38,748 bases of DNA from Chloroflexota bacterium (GTDB taxonomy: Bacteria; Chloroflexota; Dehalococcoidia; Lucifugimonadales; Lucifugimonadaceae). The stretch is taken from the NCBI GenBank assembly GCA_022562515.1, contig JADFPB010000001.1, forward strand, positions 1 through 38,748. Direction: 5' to 3'. Below are positions 26,913 through 37,275 of this stretch, in pieces (position 1 is the stretch's first letter; each line of letters starts with the position of its first letter). The notes under the pieces are model-generated. The model was not told where the DNA came from, made no database searches, and worked only from the letters and a program-made list of their open reading frames with translations. A program made the position numbers and the translations under genes.

Positions 26913-27758
26913 ATGCTGACTCGCCGAATAATCCCCTGCCTGGACATAGACAATGGCCGAGTAGTAAAGGGGACAAGCTTCGTCAACCTGCGGGATGCGG
27001 GCGATCCAGCCGAACTGGCGGAGTTCTATGACCGCGCCGGCGCCGACGAACTGGTATTCCTGGACATTACCGCAAGCTCGGATGACCGCGACACCATCGT
27101 TGACGTGGTCCGCCGCGTCTCCGCGCAGGTATTCATCCCGCTCACGGTTGGTGGCGGGATACGCTCCGTCGACGATGTCAGGCGGATGCTCGAGGCGGGG
27201 GCCGACAAGGTTTCGATCAACAGCGCTGCTGTGGCGCGGCCGGAGCTGATCTCAGAGGCGTCAGCAGAGTTTGGCGCGCAGTGCATCGTCCTCGCTATCG
27301 ACGCCAAACGCGAGCCTGATGCGGGCTTCGTCGTTCTTGAAGGCGCAGATGCCATTCCCGCGGAGTCGGGCTGGCGGGTGTATACCCACGGGGGCCGCAG
27401 GCCGACCGCGCTGGATGTCGTGAAGTGGGCAAAGTTGGGAGTGGACCTGGGCGCGGGGGAAATCCTGCTGACCAGCATGGATGAGGACGGCCAGAAAAAC
27501 GGATACGACCTGGCGCTGACCCGGGCCGTGTCAGACGCGGTGAACGTGCCGGTCATCGCCAGCGGGGGCGCCGGCAATCTGGAACACCTGCGGGACGCAC
27601 TGGTAGATGGCCATGCGGACGCGGTGCTCGCGGCCTCAATCTTCCACTACGGTGAGTACAGCATCGCCGAGGCCAAGGCGTATCTGGACGAGCGGAATGT
27701 TCCGGTAAGGCCGGTTCCGGTAAAGCCGGACTCGGGCGGGCCAGGCGGAGACGCCTGA
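26913..27758 (+). CDS. hisF: imidazole glycerol phosphate synthase, cyclase subunit HisF
   Basis: [20 protein letters not shown] starts at the ATG at 26913. The ORF-track extension from 26865 overlaps the methyltransferase gene. Pro/Gly-rich C-terminal tail. Confidence 0.9.
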   Translation: MLTRRIIPCLDIDNGRVVKGTSFVNLRDAGDPAELAEFYDRAGADELVFLDITASSDDRDTIVDVVRRVSAQVFIPLTVGGGIRSVDDVRRMLEAGADKVSINSAAVARPELISEASAEFGAQCIVLAIDAKREPDAGFVVLEGADAIPAESGWRVYTHGGRRPTALDVVKWAKLGVDLGAGEILLTSMDEDGQKNGYDLALTRAVSDAVNVPVIASGGAGNLEHLRDALVDGHADAVLAASIFHYGEYSIAEAKAYLDERNVPVRPVPVKPDSGGPGGDA

Positions 27759-27764
27759 ACCGCC

Positions 27765-28484
27765 ATGCCGCTTGATTCGCCGGCTGCCGTTATCTTCGAC
27801 GTATACGACACCCTCTTCGCAAACTCCCCGGAGAAGTGGCAGGAGGCGTTTGCGGAGATCGCCATGGAGCAGAGCCTGCCGCTGGACGGACCGGAATTGT
27901 GGCGGCGCTGGAAGGTGTACGAGGTCGACTTCCGCAAGACGCGCACGAATATGGAAGATCCGGACGACAACCCGCCGTTCAAATCGTATGAGCAGGCGTG
28001 GGCGGCCTGTTTCGAGCGGGTTTTTGCAGACGGCTCATTCACCGGTGACGCCGCGGCTGCGGCAAGACGGTCTGTTGAGCACATGTCCCAGCGAGATCCG
28101 TTTCCGGACACGCTGGAGGCGATTCGAGCACTGGAAGGCCGTACGAAGCTCGCCGTATTCTCCAACGCAGACGATGCTTTTTTGAATCCGATGCTCGAGG
28201 AGTACGACCTCCCATTTGAGAGTGTGAACAGCTCCGAGAGCGCCCGCATCTACAAGCCGCATCCGGCCGCCTACATGCACGTGCTGGACAAGATCGGTGT
28301 ACCGGCGGACCGGGCATGGTACGTGGGCGATCATCTCTGGGACGATGTCCACGGCGCCAGCAGGGTGGGCATGACGACCGTCTGGATCAATCGGGAATCA
28401 GCGGTTTTCGATGGCCTCACGAAACCGGACATCGAAATTAAGAGTCTGACCGAACTCTCAGACCTGATCTCCCATCCGGGATAG
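27765..28484 (+). CDS. HAD-superfamily hydrolase (subfamily IA, haloacid-dehalogenase-like)
   Basis: 239 aa. Motif I VIFDVYDTLF, motif II VFSNA, Lys in IYKPHP, motif IV YVGDHLWDDVHGA. Confidence 0.8.
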   Translation: MPLDSPAAVIFDVYDTLFANSPEKWQEAFAEIAMEQSLPLDGPELWRRWKVYEVDFRKTRTNMEDPDDNPPFKSYEQAWAACFERVFADGSFTGDAAAAARRSVEHMSQRDPFPDTLEAIRALEGRTKLAVFSNADDAFLNPMLEEYDLPFESVNSSESARIYKPHPAAYMHVLDKIGVPADRAWYVGDHLWDDVHGASRVGMTTVWINRESAVFDGLTKPDIEIKSLTELSDLISHPG

Positions 28485-28582
28485 TATTCTCAGGTTCGAT
28501 ATTCCCGGCGACATACCCGGCGCGACGCCCCTGATACAGCTAACTCTCTGAGCCTCTAAGCCACTGAAAGGCCAGCCCGCAA

Positions 28583-29194
28583 ATGGTTCGATTCAACGAC
28601 CGCGGTTTGATCCCCGCAATCGTCCAGGACGACTCCACGGGAGACGTCCTGACACTGGCGTATATGAACGAGGAAGCCCTGCGGCGAACTCTCGCCGGCC
28701 CCGACGTGTGGTTCTACAGCCGCTCACGCAAGAGCCTGTGGCACAAGGGGGAAACCTCTGGCAACTTCCTCAAGGTCAAGAGCGTGATAGAGGACTGCGA
28801 TGCGGACGCCGTACTCGTTCGAGCTGATCCGACGGGCCCTGCCTGCCACAAGGGGAGCAGGTCATGCTTCAACGAGCCCGTTCAGCAGAGCGGCGATGCC
28901 ACGATGGATGCCGGCCCTGGAATAATCGACGAGCTTTACGATGTCATCAAAGAACGGAAAGAAAACCCCGCTGAAGGGTCATACACAACGTCTCTGTTCG
29001 AGTCCGGTCGCGAGCGCATCGCCCAGAAGGTGATAGAGGAGGCCGGGGAATGGGCGATTGCGGGCCTTGGCGACGATCCCGAACGCGCGGCCGAAGAGAT
29101 TGGCGACCTGCTTTACCACACCCTGGTGCTGATGGCGGCCGCCGGCATCGAACCCGAGCTGGTCTGGAAAGAGCTACGAAAGCGCCGCAAATAG
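28583..29194 (+). CDS. hisI: bifunctional phosphoribosyl-AMP cyclohydrolase / phosphoribosyl-ATP pyrophosphatase HisIE
   Basis: 203 aa. LIPAIVQD...AYMNEEAL...[18 protein letters not shown]...C.D (HisI part), then the MazG-like helix bundle EEAGEWAIA...[13 protein letters not shown] (HisE part). Confidence 0.9.
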   Translation: MVRFNDRGLIPAIVQDDSTGDVLTLAYMNEEALRRTLAGPDVWFYSRSRKSLWHKGETSGNFLKVKSVIEDCDADAVLVRADPTGPACHKGSRSCFNEPVQQSGDATMDAGPGIIDELYDVIKERKENPAEGSYTTSLFESGRERIAQKVIEEAGEWAIAGLGDDPERAAEEIGDLLYHTLVLMAAAGIEPELVWKELRKRRK

Positions 29195-29399
29195 GCAGGT
29201 GACCCTGCACCTTCTCGGGATCGGGGCTTTTGCGGCCATGCCGAACGCGAATCGCCCCCGATAGACCTGGACGATTGGTAGGCGCGGGGCTCGCTCCGCC
29301 CGTCACGCGCAGACGGCCAGCCACGCTCGGGAGACGCAGGCGGATCCCCTACGGCATTGGCGATCGGCGGGCAGGCGGCTTGCCTCATTGGAAATACAG

Positions 29400-30356
29400 C
29401 TAATCGCCCGTCTGTTGCGAGCCTCTCGGAGACTTCGCCCATATCGAGCTGGCCGGGACGTTATGGTCGGCGACTGGGAAGCCCTGGTCTATCTTGACGG
29501 CGTGGTTCAACGCCTCTATGGCAACTTCGATCTGATCGTCCTTCGGCTCCCGCGTGGTCATCTCCTGGAGCAGGAGGCTGGGGGATATCAGTATGCGAAT
29601 CGTCAGGCTGTCGCCATGCCGGCCGGCATACCGGATGAACTCGTAGGCCGCGGCGGCGATCAGTGGCACGAGCAGGATTCGCGACCCCACCACCAGCCAG
29701 AGCGGATCGCGCGGCACGAAGATAAATACGATCACCGCCATCAACATCACGGTCAGCAAAAATGCCGTCCCGCACCTGGGGTGGGCGGCGGGGAATTTCC
29801 TCACGGACTCAACAGTCATGTCATGCCCGGCCTCCTGGGCATGCACGGCCTTGTGCTCCGCACCGTGGTAGGCGAGGACTCTCTCGATATCGGACACCCG
29901 GGAGACCAGCCAGATGTAGGTTATGAACGCTCCCAGCCTGAGCAGGCCCTCTACGAGGTTCGATAGAAAGTCGTTCAGGCCGGCGTTCTCGAACAGTTTC
30001 GAGACGAAAAACGGGGCCAGGAAGAATATTCCGATTCCAAGGCCCATCGCCACGACGAGCATCGCGCCGATCGCGAAGTTGCTGATCGGGCCGGTGTCGT
30101 CGCCATCTTCGAGAGACAGGGATGCCGACAGGCTGAGCGCCTTCATGCCGACGATCAGAGTTTCGCCGAAGATGACCACTCCCCGGATGTAGGGGATCCT
30201 GCGCAGGCGGCCAGTCGACCAGCCTGGGACGGCCAGAGCACGTACACAGATCTCACCGGCGGGATTGCGAACCGCGACGGCCGCACGATCGCGGCCGCGA
30301 ATCATCACGCCCTCAATTATCGCCTGGCCGCCGTACTGGTGGCGCTCTTCTTCCAT
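29400..30356 (-). CDS. DUF1385 domain-containing membrane protein
   Basis: 318 aa. N-terminal YGGQAIIEGVMIRG, the YHGAEHK motif, and several TM helices. Positioned after rpmE, as this family often is. Confidence 0.8.
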   Translation of the reverse strand: MEEERHQYGGQAIIEGVMIRGRDRAAVAVRNPAGEICVRALAVPGWSTGRLRRIPYIRGVVIFGETLIVGMKALSLSASLSLEDGDDTGPISNFAIGAMLVVAMGLGIGIFFLAPFFVSKLFENAGLNDFLSNLVEGLLRLGAFITYIWLVSRVSDIERVLAYHGAEHKAVHAQEAGHDMTVESVRKFPAAHPRCGTAFLLTVMLMAVIVFIFVPRDPLWLVVGSRILLVPLIAAAAYEFIRYAGRHGDSLTIRILISPSLLLQEMTTREPKDDQIEVAIEALNHAVKIDQGFPVADHNVPASSIWAKSPRGSQQTGD

Positions 30357-30407
30357 AGAGTCCTGCTGGCACCTACGAATGCGGGAGAAAGATCGATTCT
30401 ATGACAT

Positions 30408-30430
30408 CGGCCGGGCGAGTTGCCCGGCCG
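30408..30430. other. 9-bp all-G:C-rich hairpin between rpmE and the DUF1385 gene
   Basis: CGGCCGGGC-GAGTT-GCCCGGCCG. There is no U-tract on the minus (transcribed) strand, so it is not a canonical intrinsic terminator. Confidence 0.4.
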
Positions 30431-30445
30431 TTTCTACCAAACGAG

Positions 30446-30661
30446 TTACGAGTTTTCCTGCTGCAATTTGTAACGCCTGCGCAAACGCTCGACGCGGCCT
30501 TCCGTGTCAACGATGCGCTGCTCGCCCGTGAAGAACGGGTGGCATGCGCTACAGATCTCCACCTTCAGAGACTCCGATGTGGAACCCGCTTCGAAGGTGT
30601 TGCCGCATGAGCAGACCACTATGGCGTTCGCGTGATATTCAGGATGGATGTTAGCTTTCAT
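30446..30661 (-). CDS. rpmE: 50S ribosomal protein L31
   Basis: MKANIHPEY..., CSCG...[10 protein letters not shown] zinc-ribbon form; 71 aa. Confidence 0.95.
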   Translation of the reverse strand: MKANIHPEYHANAIVVCSCGNTFEAGSTSESLKVEICSACHPFFTGEQRIVDTEGRVERLRRRYKLQQENS

Positions 30662-30721
30662 TCGTTGAGCCTCTTAAAACTGGGCGCAAACAGACGGCGA
30701 AGCGCCGTCGGGCTGGCCGGG

Positions 30722-30994
30722 TTAGCTGGTTGCGATCTCTTCCAGCGGCCTGACGTTTGCGCGGCGATGAGTCTTGGTCGCTCGATCGTAAAAGACCTGG
30801 CCGTCCACTTTGGAGTACAGCGTGTGGTCGTTGCCAACCCCCACGTTGATTCCGGGCTTGATGGGCGTGCCCCTCTGGCGCACCAGGATCGAACCGGCTG
30901 TGACCAGTTGGCCCGCGTAAACCTTCACGCCCAGACGCTTGCTATTGCTGTCTCGTCCGTTGCGGGAGGTCCCGCCACCTTTCTTATGTGCCAT
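30722..30994 (-). CDS. rpmA: 50S ribosomal protein L27
   Basis: [24 protein letters not shown]...; 90 aa. Confidence 0.95.
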   Translation of the reverse strand: MAHKKGGGTSRNGRDSNSKRLGVKVYAGQLVTAGSILVRQRGTPIKPGINVGVGNDHTLYSKVDGQVFYDRATKTHRRANVRPLEEIATS

Positions 30995-31013
30995 TTCGAT
31001 GCCTCCAGGCGCT

Positions 31014-31334
31014 CTACTTAATTGAGATGTCCTGAACCAGCACGTCGGTGTAACGCTGCCGGTGACCGCGCTTGGTGCGCTGGCGAGTCTTGTTCTTATA
31101 GCGGAACGCTATTACCTTCTTGGCGCGTGCCTGATCGGTGATTTCGGCTCGAACGGTGGCGTTCTCCACCAGCGGGGTTCCGACGGTGACTTTATCGTCC
31201 ACAGAGGTCATCAGGATCTCGTCGAAGTTGACGAAATCGCCAACTTCACCATCCAGCTTTTCTATTGATACGGTGTCGCCCGGCCGCACGCGGTACTGCT
31301 TGCCTCCGGTCCGGACGATTGCATAGTCGGTCAT
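31014..31334 (-). CDS. rplU: 50S ribosomal protein L21
   Basis: [20 protein letters not shown].... The ATG at 31334 has GGAGGG upstream. The ORF-track start at 31346 would overlap that SD. Confidence 0.9.
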   Translation of the reverse strand: MTDYAIVRTGGKQYRVRPGDTVSIEKLDGEVGDFVNFDEILMTSVDDKVTVGTPLVENATVRAEITDQARAKKVIAFRYKNKTRQRTKRGHRQRYTDVLVQDISIK

Positions 31335-31353
31335 GTTTTCTCCCAACCCTCCA

Positions 31354-31383
31354 ATTTTAGGTCCGCGCCCGATTGAGGGTCAA
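31354..31383 (-). promoter_or_regulatory. candidate sigma70-type promoter of rplU-rpmA-rpmE
   Basis: Minus strand: TTGACC (31383-31378), 18-nt spacer, TAAAAT (31359-31354), followed by GGAGGG and the rplU ATG. Confidence 0.45.
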
Positions 31384-31488
31384 GGTAATTTGCGCTGTTA
31401 AACCTGTGAGGGCAGTGGAATTTGAAAACCGGGGCGGATGCAGCAGGTACACGCTGGGCGCCTCTCGGAAAAGGGGCAATCCGCCTGC

Positions 31489-31983
31489 CTAACCGCTCTG
31501 CAGTCCGCCGAAGGCGCTCTCGTACCACATCAGCGGCTCGCCGTCCTGCGTCTCATATGCCTGGACGCGGCCCACGAATATGGTGTGGTCGCCCTCCTCG
31601 TGGGCGGACACTACCTCGCACTCGAATGTCGACAACGACCCTTCGATAACCGGATGGCCGCCGTCCGGAGACGCGTAGCCGGCCGGAGGATCGCCAACGC
31701 GGTCTTCCGGCCGGCGCGCAAAGTACTCGGCCGTCGCGCGCTGATCCGCGCCAAGCACGCTTATGCCGAATTTTCCAGTATCCGTGATGATCCTGAAGGT
31801 GTTTCTCGCGTGGGAAACGCAAACGAGCGCCAGCGGCGGCTCAAGGGCCACGGACGTGATGGCGTTCGCCGTCATGCCATGCGGCGTGCCGTCCGGCTCA
31901 ACCGTCGTGATAACAGTCACACCGGTAGCGAACCGGCTCCATGCACGGCGGTAGTCAGGACTGTTGCCGGGTGGGGCGGGCAA
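31489..31983 (-). CDS. flavin reductase family protein (FMN-binding split barrel)
   Basis: 164 aa, TTG start. YRRAWSRFATGVTVITT...PHGMTANAITSVALEPPL... is typical of the Flavin_Reduct family. Confidence 0.8.
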   Translation of the reverse strand: MPAPPGNSPDYRRAWSRFATGVTVITTVEPDGTPHGMTANAITSVALEPPLALVCVSHARNTFRIITDTGKFGISVLGADQRATAEYFARRPEDRVGDPPAGYASPDGGHPVIEGSLSTFECEVVSAHEEGDHTIFVGRVQAYETQDGEPLMWYESAFGGLQSG

Positions 31984-32028
31984 GCGGTCTACTCCAATCT
32001 GGCGATCTGGCCCGATACGTCCTCAAAC

Positions 32029-32057
32029 CATAAACACTAATGTTTGGGGTACGTCAA
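32029..32057 (-). promoter_or_regulatory. candidate promoter with an overlapping AT-rich palindrome upstream of the flavin reductase gene
   Basis: Minus strand: TTGACG (32057-32052), 17 nt, TTTATG (32034-32029). The palindrome AAACA-NNNN-TGTTT at 32032-32045 sits in the spacer/-10 region. Confidence 0.25.
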
Positions 32058-32110
32058 CAGATCGGGGGGATTATATGCGGGCCCAAGTTATCAAGAGTGA
32101 TATAGACGCC

Positions 32111-34327
32111 TCATGTCCGCAGTCCCGGCACCGACAGCCGCCGGATGAACCCCGGCGCCCACCAGTTAGCCGGCCCCATTAACCGCATGATCGCCGGCAC
32201 GAAAAGCGCACGCACGATGCTGGCATCCAGTGCTATCGCGATCGCAGTGCCAAGTCCCAGCGCCTTGACGATCACGATGTCTGCCGTCGCGAACGACCCG
32301 GCCACGAGGACAAGGATAAGAGCCGCGCTCGTCACTATCCGGCCAGTCTGCTCCATCCCTTTTCGAACAGCCAGCTCGTTGTCGCCGGTCTCATCCCAGT
32401 GCTCTTTAATTCGGCTGAGCAAAAACACCTCGTAGTCCACGCTCAGACCGAATACGATCGCGAATATCAAGATCGGCACGGTGGCCTCGGTAAAGCCGGT
32501 CGCGGTCGGGCCCAGTATCGGGTCGAGCAGTCCGTCCTGGAATATCAGCACCAGCGCCCCGTATGCCGCAAAGAGGCTCATCGTGTTCATCACGACGGCC
32601 TTCAGGGGTAGCAGGACCGATCGGAACATGACCATGAGGGCCAGGTATACCGAAACCATGACGTAGACGATCACCCACGGGAACACGCCGTACATCCGGT
32701 CGACGGCGTCACTCAGGTCGGCCGTCCCGCCACCCACGAGGATCTCCACGCCCTCGGGTTCCGGCAGATTCCGTAGCCGGTGGACCAGGTCCTCCGTCTC
32801 CTGCTCCGGTGGACCGAATTTGCTGTAGACCGTGATAAGGGTGATCGAGCCGCTGGTATACCGGCCCGCCTGCTCACGGAACTCTTTTTCGAAACCGAGA
32901 GTGGCCGCCAGGGTGGGGAGATCGTCTCCGCCCTCCAGCGCGCCTTCTTGTTCCAGCGCGCCGCCGGGCAGCAGATCGATCACACTGTCGATCCGCGCCA
33001 CGCTCGGGTCGGCCTCGATCCGCTTCGCGAACTCCGCGATTTTCGGGATGTCGCTGCCCCGGAATTGGCCGCTTTCTGACCTGAGCACAACCAGAATCGG
33101 AGCGAGCTCGCCCGGCCCTATCTCATCCGCCACCAGGTTCCAGCCCTGCCGCGACTCCGCCGAAGACGGCAGTATGTCGGCCCACGGCGAGCCGAGATTC
33201 ACGCGCAGCATCGGCGTGCCAAGCGCCACTAATGAGACGCCGACTACCACCAGTACGGTCCAGGGATGGGCCATCACCCAGCCGGCAAGACGCCCCCAGC
33301 CACGCGCGCCGCCGATTCCCGAGGCCCCCTGCCCCAGCCGGCTGCCCATCAGGCCCATGAGCGCCGGCAGCAGCGTGAGCGCAACCACCAGTGAGACCGC
33401 GATCACGATCACCCCGCCGATACCCAGAGACCGCAACATCATGTAGTCGAAGAACAGCAGCCCCGAGAGTCCGAGCATCGATGTGATCCCGGAAAAGACG
33501 ATGGCCCTGCCCGCAGTGGACATCGCACGGCCGACCGACTCCGTAACCTCGTAGTTCGACCGCTCTTCCCGAAATCGGCCGACGAGAACGAGGGAGTAAT
33601 CGATGGCGGCGCCAAGTCCCAGGAACGTGATTACGTTCAGGACGAAGACAGACATGTCGACACCGGCGGCGAGCAGGTAGATGGCCGCCAACGTGATCGC
33701 TACGGCGATGCCCCCCATCAACAGAGGCAGGGTCGCCGCAAGCACGCTCCTGAACACGAAGATCAGAGCGAGAAGCACCAGCGGAAACGTGAACAACTCC
33801 GCCCTGCGGAGATCGCGCTCACTCGACTTATTGACGTCCGCGAAGATCGCCAGGCCTCCGGTGGCCTTCACCTCCAGCAACTCCGAAGAGACCGCGCCCG
33901 TCAGTTCGGAAAAGTGCTCGAGCGCCTCCTGCGGATTCGCGCCGATCAGGACATTGACGTAAGTCGTGTGCCCGTCCGGCGAGGCCAGCGCCCGGTTGCC
34001 GGTGGAATAGACGGAATCCACGCGCACAACATCGGCCAGCGCCTCAAGCGGTGCGATGGCGCCCGTTAGCGCCTCTCTGTACCGGTCGTCTTCAACGCTA
34101 AGTTCGGGATGGTAGAACGTGAACGCCATCCCGGTAGGCGATGCGCCCAGTTCATCCTCGAGCAGGTGCGCAGCAGCCCGGGCTTCGGTCGGCGCCTCGC
34201 CCAGTCCCGACAGGAGGCGATCACTGACTCGCGGCGCGAAGAACGCCGCAGGGACCAGGACAAGCGCCCAGACCGCGATCACCGGCCACGGATGCAGAGC
34301 CAGCCAGATACCCGACCTGTATAGCAC
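32111..34327 (-). CDS. MMPL-family (RND superfamily) membrane transporter
   Basis: 738 aa, GTG start. Two repeats of a TM bundle plus a periplasmic domain; sequences such as AIDYSLVLVGRFREE and GLSVDYEVFLLSRIKE are typical of MMPL proteins. Confidence 0.85.
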   Translation of the reverse strand: MLYRSGIWLALHPWPVIAVWALVLVPAAFFAPRVSDRLLSGLGEAPTEARAAAHLLEDELGASPTGMAFTFYHPELSVEDDRYREALTGAIAPLEALADVVRVDSVYSTGNRALASPDGHTTYVNVLIGANPQEALEHFSELTGAVSSELLEVKATGGLAIFADVNKSSERDLRRAELFTFPLVLLALIFVFRSVLAATLPLLMGGIAVAITLAAIYLLAAGVDMSVFVLNVITFLGLGAAIDYSLVLVGRFREERSNYEVTESVGRAMSTAGRAIVFSGITSMLGLSGLLFFDYMMLRSLGIGGVIVIAVSLVVALTLLPALMGLMGSRLGQGASGIGGARGWGRLAGWVMAHPWTVLVVVGVSLVALGTPMLRVNLGSPWADILPSSAESRQGWNLVADEIGPGELAPILVVLRSESGQFRGSDIPKIAEFAKRIEADPSVARIDSVIDLLPGGALEQEGALEGGDDLPTLAATLGFEKEFREQAGRYTSGSITLITVYSKFGPPEQETEDLVHRLRNLPEPEGVEILVGGGTADLSDAVDRMYGVFPWVIVYVMVSVYLALMVMFRSVLLPLKAVVMNTMSLFAAYGALVLIFQDGLLDPILGPTATGFTEATVPILIFAIVFGLSVDYEVFLLSRIKEHWDETGDNELAVRKGMEQTGRIVTSAALILVLVAGSFATADIVIVKALGLGTAIAIALDASIVRALFVPAIMRLMGPANWWAPGFIRRLSVPGLRT

Positions 34328-34345
34328 GGTGGAGGGGCGGCGGGC

Positions 34346-36994
34346 CTAGGAGTCGGCCCGATCCTCTCCGTGCTCTTCTTCGGATTCGTCTGCTACTGGC
34401 TCGACCGTTGTCGCCTCATCATCCGGACCATCGAACTCGCCGATAGGCGCTTCGTCTTCATCGCCAGATTCCCCGAAAACCGTTCCATTCGTCGCGCCGT
34501 CGCCAAATTCGTCCACGGGCCTATCAACGATAGCCGCCGGTTCCCTGCGCTCGCCAACTGCCCGGATGGCGGAGACCGAGTCCCCGCTGTCCATCTTTGC
34601 CAGCGTAACGCCCTGGGTGTTCCGGCCGACCTGCCTGATCTCATCGAGCGGTATGTTGATCACCTGGGCTTGCTCGGTCACCAGGTACACGTTGCTCTCG
34701 TCTCCCACTACCTGGGCGGCGGCGACGCGTCCGTTCTTGGCGGTCAACTTCAGTGTGATAAGACCCTTTCCGCCCCTCTTCTGCTGACGGTAGTGGCGGA
34801 GCAGCGAGAGCTTGCCGAAGCCCTTGTTGGTGGCAATCAGCAGGCGGGTCTCTTCGCTATCCTCCGGAACGACATCCATCGCCGCGACCCGGTCCCTTCC
34901 GGCGAGCCGGATTCCCTTCATCCCTCCCGCGGCGCGCTGCCGGGCACGTATCCCGGTGCTCGGGAATCTGATGGACATTCCGTTTCTGGTGACTATGACG
35001 ATGTCGTCCGGCTCCTGTGCCAGGACCACTGAGATCAGCGCATCACCCGGCCGCAGGTTCATGGCGTTCAGTCCCGAGCGCCTCAGGTTTGCCAGCATCG
35101 AAAGATGCATCCGCTTGACCTGGCCCGCTTGAGTGCACATCACGAGGTACGTGTTCTCCAGCAGGTCGGATGCGGCCACAAGCGCCTGCACATTTTCGCC
35201 TGCCTCAAGGTTGATGATGTTCTGAACCAGAGTCCCGCGCGAGGTGCGCGTGGCGTCCGGAGGGAGATCAAATACCCGGGTGTTGAACACTCTGCCCTTG
35301 TTTGTGAAGAAGAGCAGCACATCGTGCGTGTCGGCCACCTGCAGGAACGGGATCACATCGTCTTCGCGGCTCATTCGCTGGCCCTTGACGCCTTTGCCGC
35401 CGCGGTGCTGCCGCCGGTAGGTGCTGGAAGGTATCCGCTTCACATAGCCGGCCTTGGACAGCGTAATGACCACTTCTTCGTGTGGCTCTGTGTCCTCACG
35501 CCGCCACTCGCCCAGTTCTTCCTCGTGAACCTCGGTTCGGCGTTCGTCGCCAAACTTTCGCTTCAGCGCGTTCATCTCGGTCCGGACCGCGGCGAGGATC
35601 TTCGTCGGGTCGGCGAGCAACTCTTCAAGCCCGGCCACCGACTTGAGCAGCTCCTGGTACTCGTTCTCGATCTTCTCTTGCTCAAGTGCGGCCAGACGGC
35701 GCAGTTGCATGTCCAGAATCGCCTGAGACTGGATATCGCTCAGGTCAAACGCGATGATCAATGCGGCCCGGGCTTCCTCGACGTCTGCCGATGCACGGAT
35801 CAGCGCGATCACCCTGTCGATGTTGTCGACCGCGATCCGGAGACCTTCGAGGATGTGCAGCCTCGCCTGCGCCTTCCGCAGGTCGAACTGCGCCCTTCTG
35901 GTAACGATCTCGCGCCGGAAATCGATGAAGTGGCGCAGAAACGCCTTCAACGTAAGGGTCTGTGGCATGCCGTCGACGAGCGCCACCATGTTGGCGGAGA
36001 AAGCGGAGCGTAGCGACGTGCTCTTGTAGAGCTGGTTCAGGACTACGCTGGGGGCGGCGGCGCGTCGGAGTTCGACGACTATCCGCATTCCTTTGCGGTC
36101 TGACTCGTCGCGGACCTCAGAGATGCCTTCTATCTTTTTCGTCTTAGCCAGGTCGGCAATCTTCGCCACTAGCGTGGCCTTGTTCACCTGGAACGGGATT
36201 TCCGTAAATATGATGCGGACCCTGTCGCCGCCGCGCTGCACCTCTTCAAACTCATGGCTCGCTTGCTGGACGATGCGGCCACGGCCCGTCGCATAGGCGT
36301 TGCGGACACCTTCGCGGCCCCAGATGTGCGCGCCGGTGGGAAAATCGGGGGCTTTTATGTGCTCCATCAGATCGTCTACGGTGGCGTCTGGATGGGCAAT
36401 CAGATGGACCACTGCGTTGCAGACCTCGATGAGGTTATGCGGAGGGATGTTCGTCGCCATTCCAACCGCGATGCCGGAAGCGCCGTTGACCAGGAGGTTG
36501 GGCAGCGTAGCGGGCAGGATGGTCGGTTCTTTCAGGGAGGCGTCAAAGTTGTCCGCCCAGTCCACCGTTTCGCGGTCGATGTCGCTGAGCATCTCATCGG
36601 AGATGCGCGCGAGGCGGGCTTCCGTGTACCGCATCGCGGCCGGTGGGTCGCCGTCAACGCTGCCAAAGTTGCCCTGGCCGGAAACTAGCATGTAGCGCAG
36701 TGAGAAATCCTGCGCCATCCGGACCATCGCCTCGTACACCGGTGAGTCGCCGTGCGGGTGGTACTTTCCAAGCACTTCGCCAACCAGGCGGGCGCTCTTC
36801 TTGTACGAGGACGTTGGCCGCATGCCCAGTTCGTGCATGGCGTACAAGATTCGGCGCTGTACCGGCTTCAGCCCGTCGCGCACGTCCGGAAGCGCCCTGG
36901 AGACGATTACGCTCATGGCGTAGTCCAGATACGAAGTCCGCATCTCCTCGTCTATGCGAACCGGACGAATCTCACCAATGTCCGTTGTGGTCAT
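34346..36994 (-). CDS. gyrA: DNA gyrase subunit A
   Basis: [17 protein letters not shown], the active-site region AAMRYTE, beta-pinwheel C-terminal domain and an acidic tail. The ATG at 36994 gives the canonical N-terminus; the ORF-track start at 37024 adds 10 aa. Confidence 0.95.
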   Translation of the reverse strand: MTTTDIGEIRPVRIDEEMRTSYLDYAMSVIVSRALPDVRDGLKPVQRRILYAMHELGMRPTSSYKKSARLVGEVLGKYHPHGDSPVYEAMVRMAQDFSLRYMLVSGQGNFGSVDGDPPAAMRYTEARLARISDEMLSDIDRETVDWADNFDASLKEPTILPATLPNLLVNGASGIAVGMATNIPPHNLIEVCNAVVHLIAHPDATVDDLMEHIKAPDFPTGAHIWGREGVRNAYATGRGRIVQQASHEFEEVQRGGDRVRIIFTEIPFQVNKATLVAKIADLAKTKKIEGISEVRDESDRKGMRIVVELRRAAAPSVVLNQLYKSTSLRSAFSANMVALVDGMPQTLTLKAFLRHFIDFRREIVTRRAQFDLRKAQARLHILEGLRIAVDNIDRVIALIRASADVEEARAALIIAFDLSDIQSQAILDMQLRRLAALEQEKIENEYQELLKSVAGLEELLADPTKILAAVRTEMNALKRKFGDERRTEVHEEELGEWRREDTEPHEEVVITLSKAGYVKRIPSSTYRRQHRGGKGVKGQRMSREDDVIPFLQVADTHDVLLFFTNKGRVFNTRVFDLPPDATRTSRGTLVQNIINLEAGENVQALVAASDLLENTYLVMCTQAGQVKRMHLSMLANLRRSGLNAMNLRPGDALISVVLAQEPDDIVIVTRNGMSIRFPSTGIRARQRAAGGMKGIRLAGRDRVAAMDVVPEDSEETRLLIATNKGFGKLSLLRHYRQQKRGGKGLITLKLTAKNGRVAAAQVVGDESNVYLVTEQAQVINIPLDEIRQVGRNTQGVTLAKMDSGDSVSAIRAVGERREPAAIVDRPVDEFGDGATNGTVFGESGDEDEAPIGEFDGPDDEATTVEPVADESEEEHGEDRADS

Positions 36995-37100
36995 AAAAGC
37001 CCTCCAGGAAGGCAGCTTCGGCATGGGATGACAGTCGAATCAGGCTCGCGCGCGCCCGAACGCGCGCGTCGTTGCCAACATACTGCCGGGGAATGACGAA

Positions 37101-37129
37101 ATTATACCGTTTCTGCAAGTCAGCCTCAA
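37101..37129 (-). promoter_or_regulatory. candidate gyrA promoter
   Basis: Minus strand: TTGAGG (37129-37124), 17-nt spacer, perfect TATAAT (37106-37101). About 100-nt leader to the gyrA ATG. Confidence 0.5.
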
Positions 37130-37275
37130 TGCTCCAGCGGCGAAATTTGGGCGTGCTCGCCCGCGCACCCACTCGCGCGAGAGCCCCGAGCCGCGGTTTT
37201 GTCGATTTCGCTATCGCTGGAGAGCGTCTGGAGGGCCACCGGGAAACGGTTGGGAGACCCGGTAAAGGGAGCTGG

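Noticed and set aside
28485-28582. tRNA-like GGTTCGAT segment at about 28490-28507 in the HAD-hisIE spacer.
   Set aside because: No complementary T-stem, acceptor stem or anticodon arm can be drawn around it.
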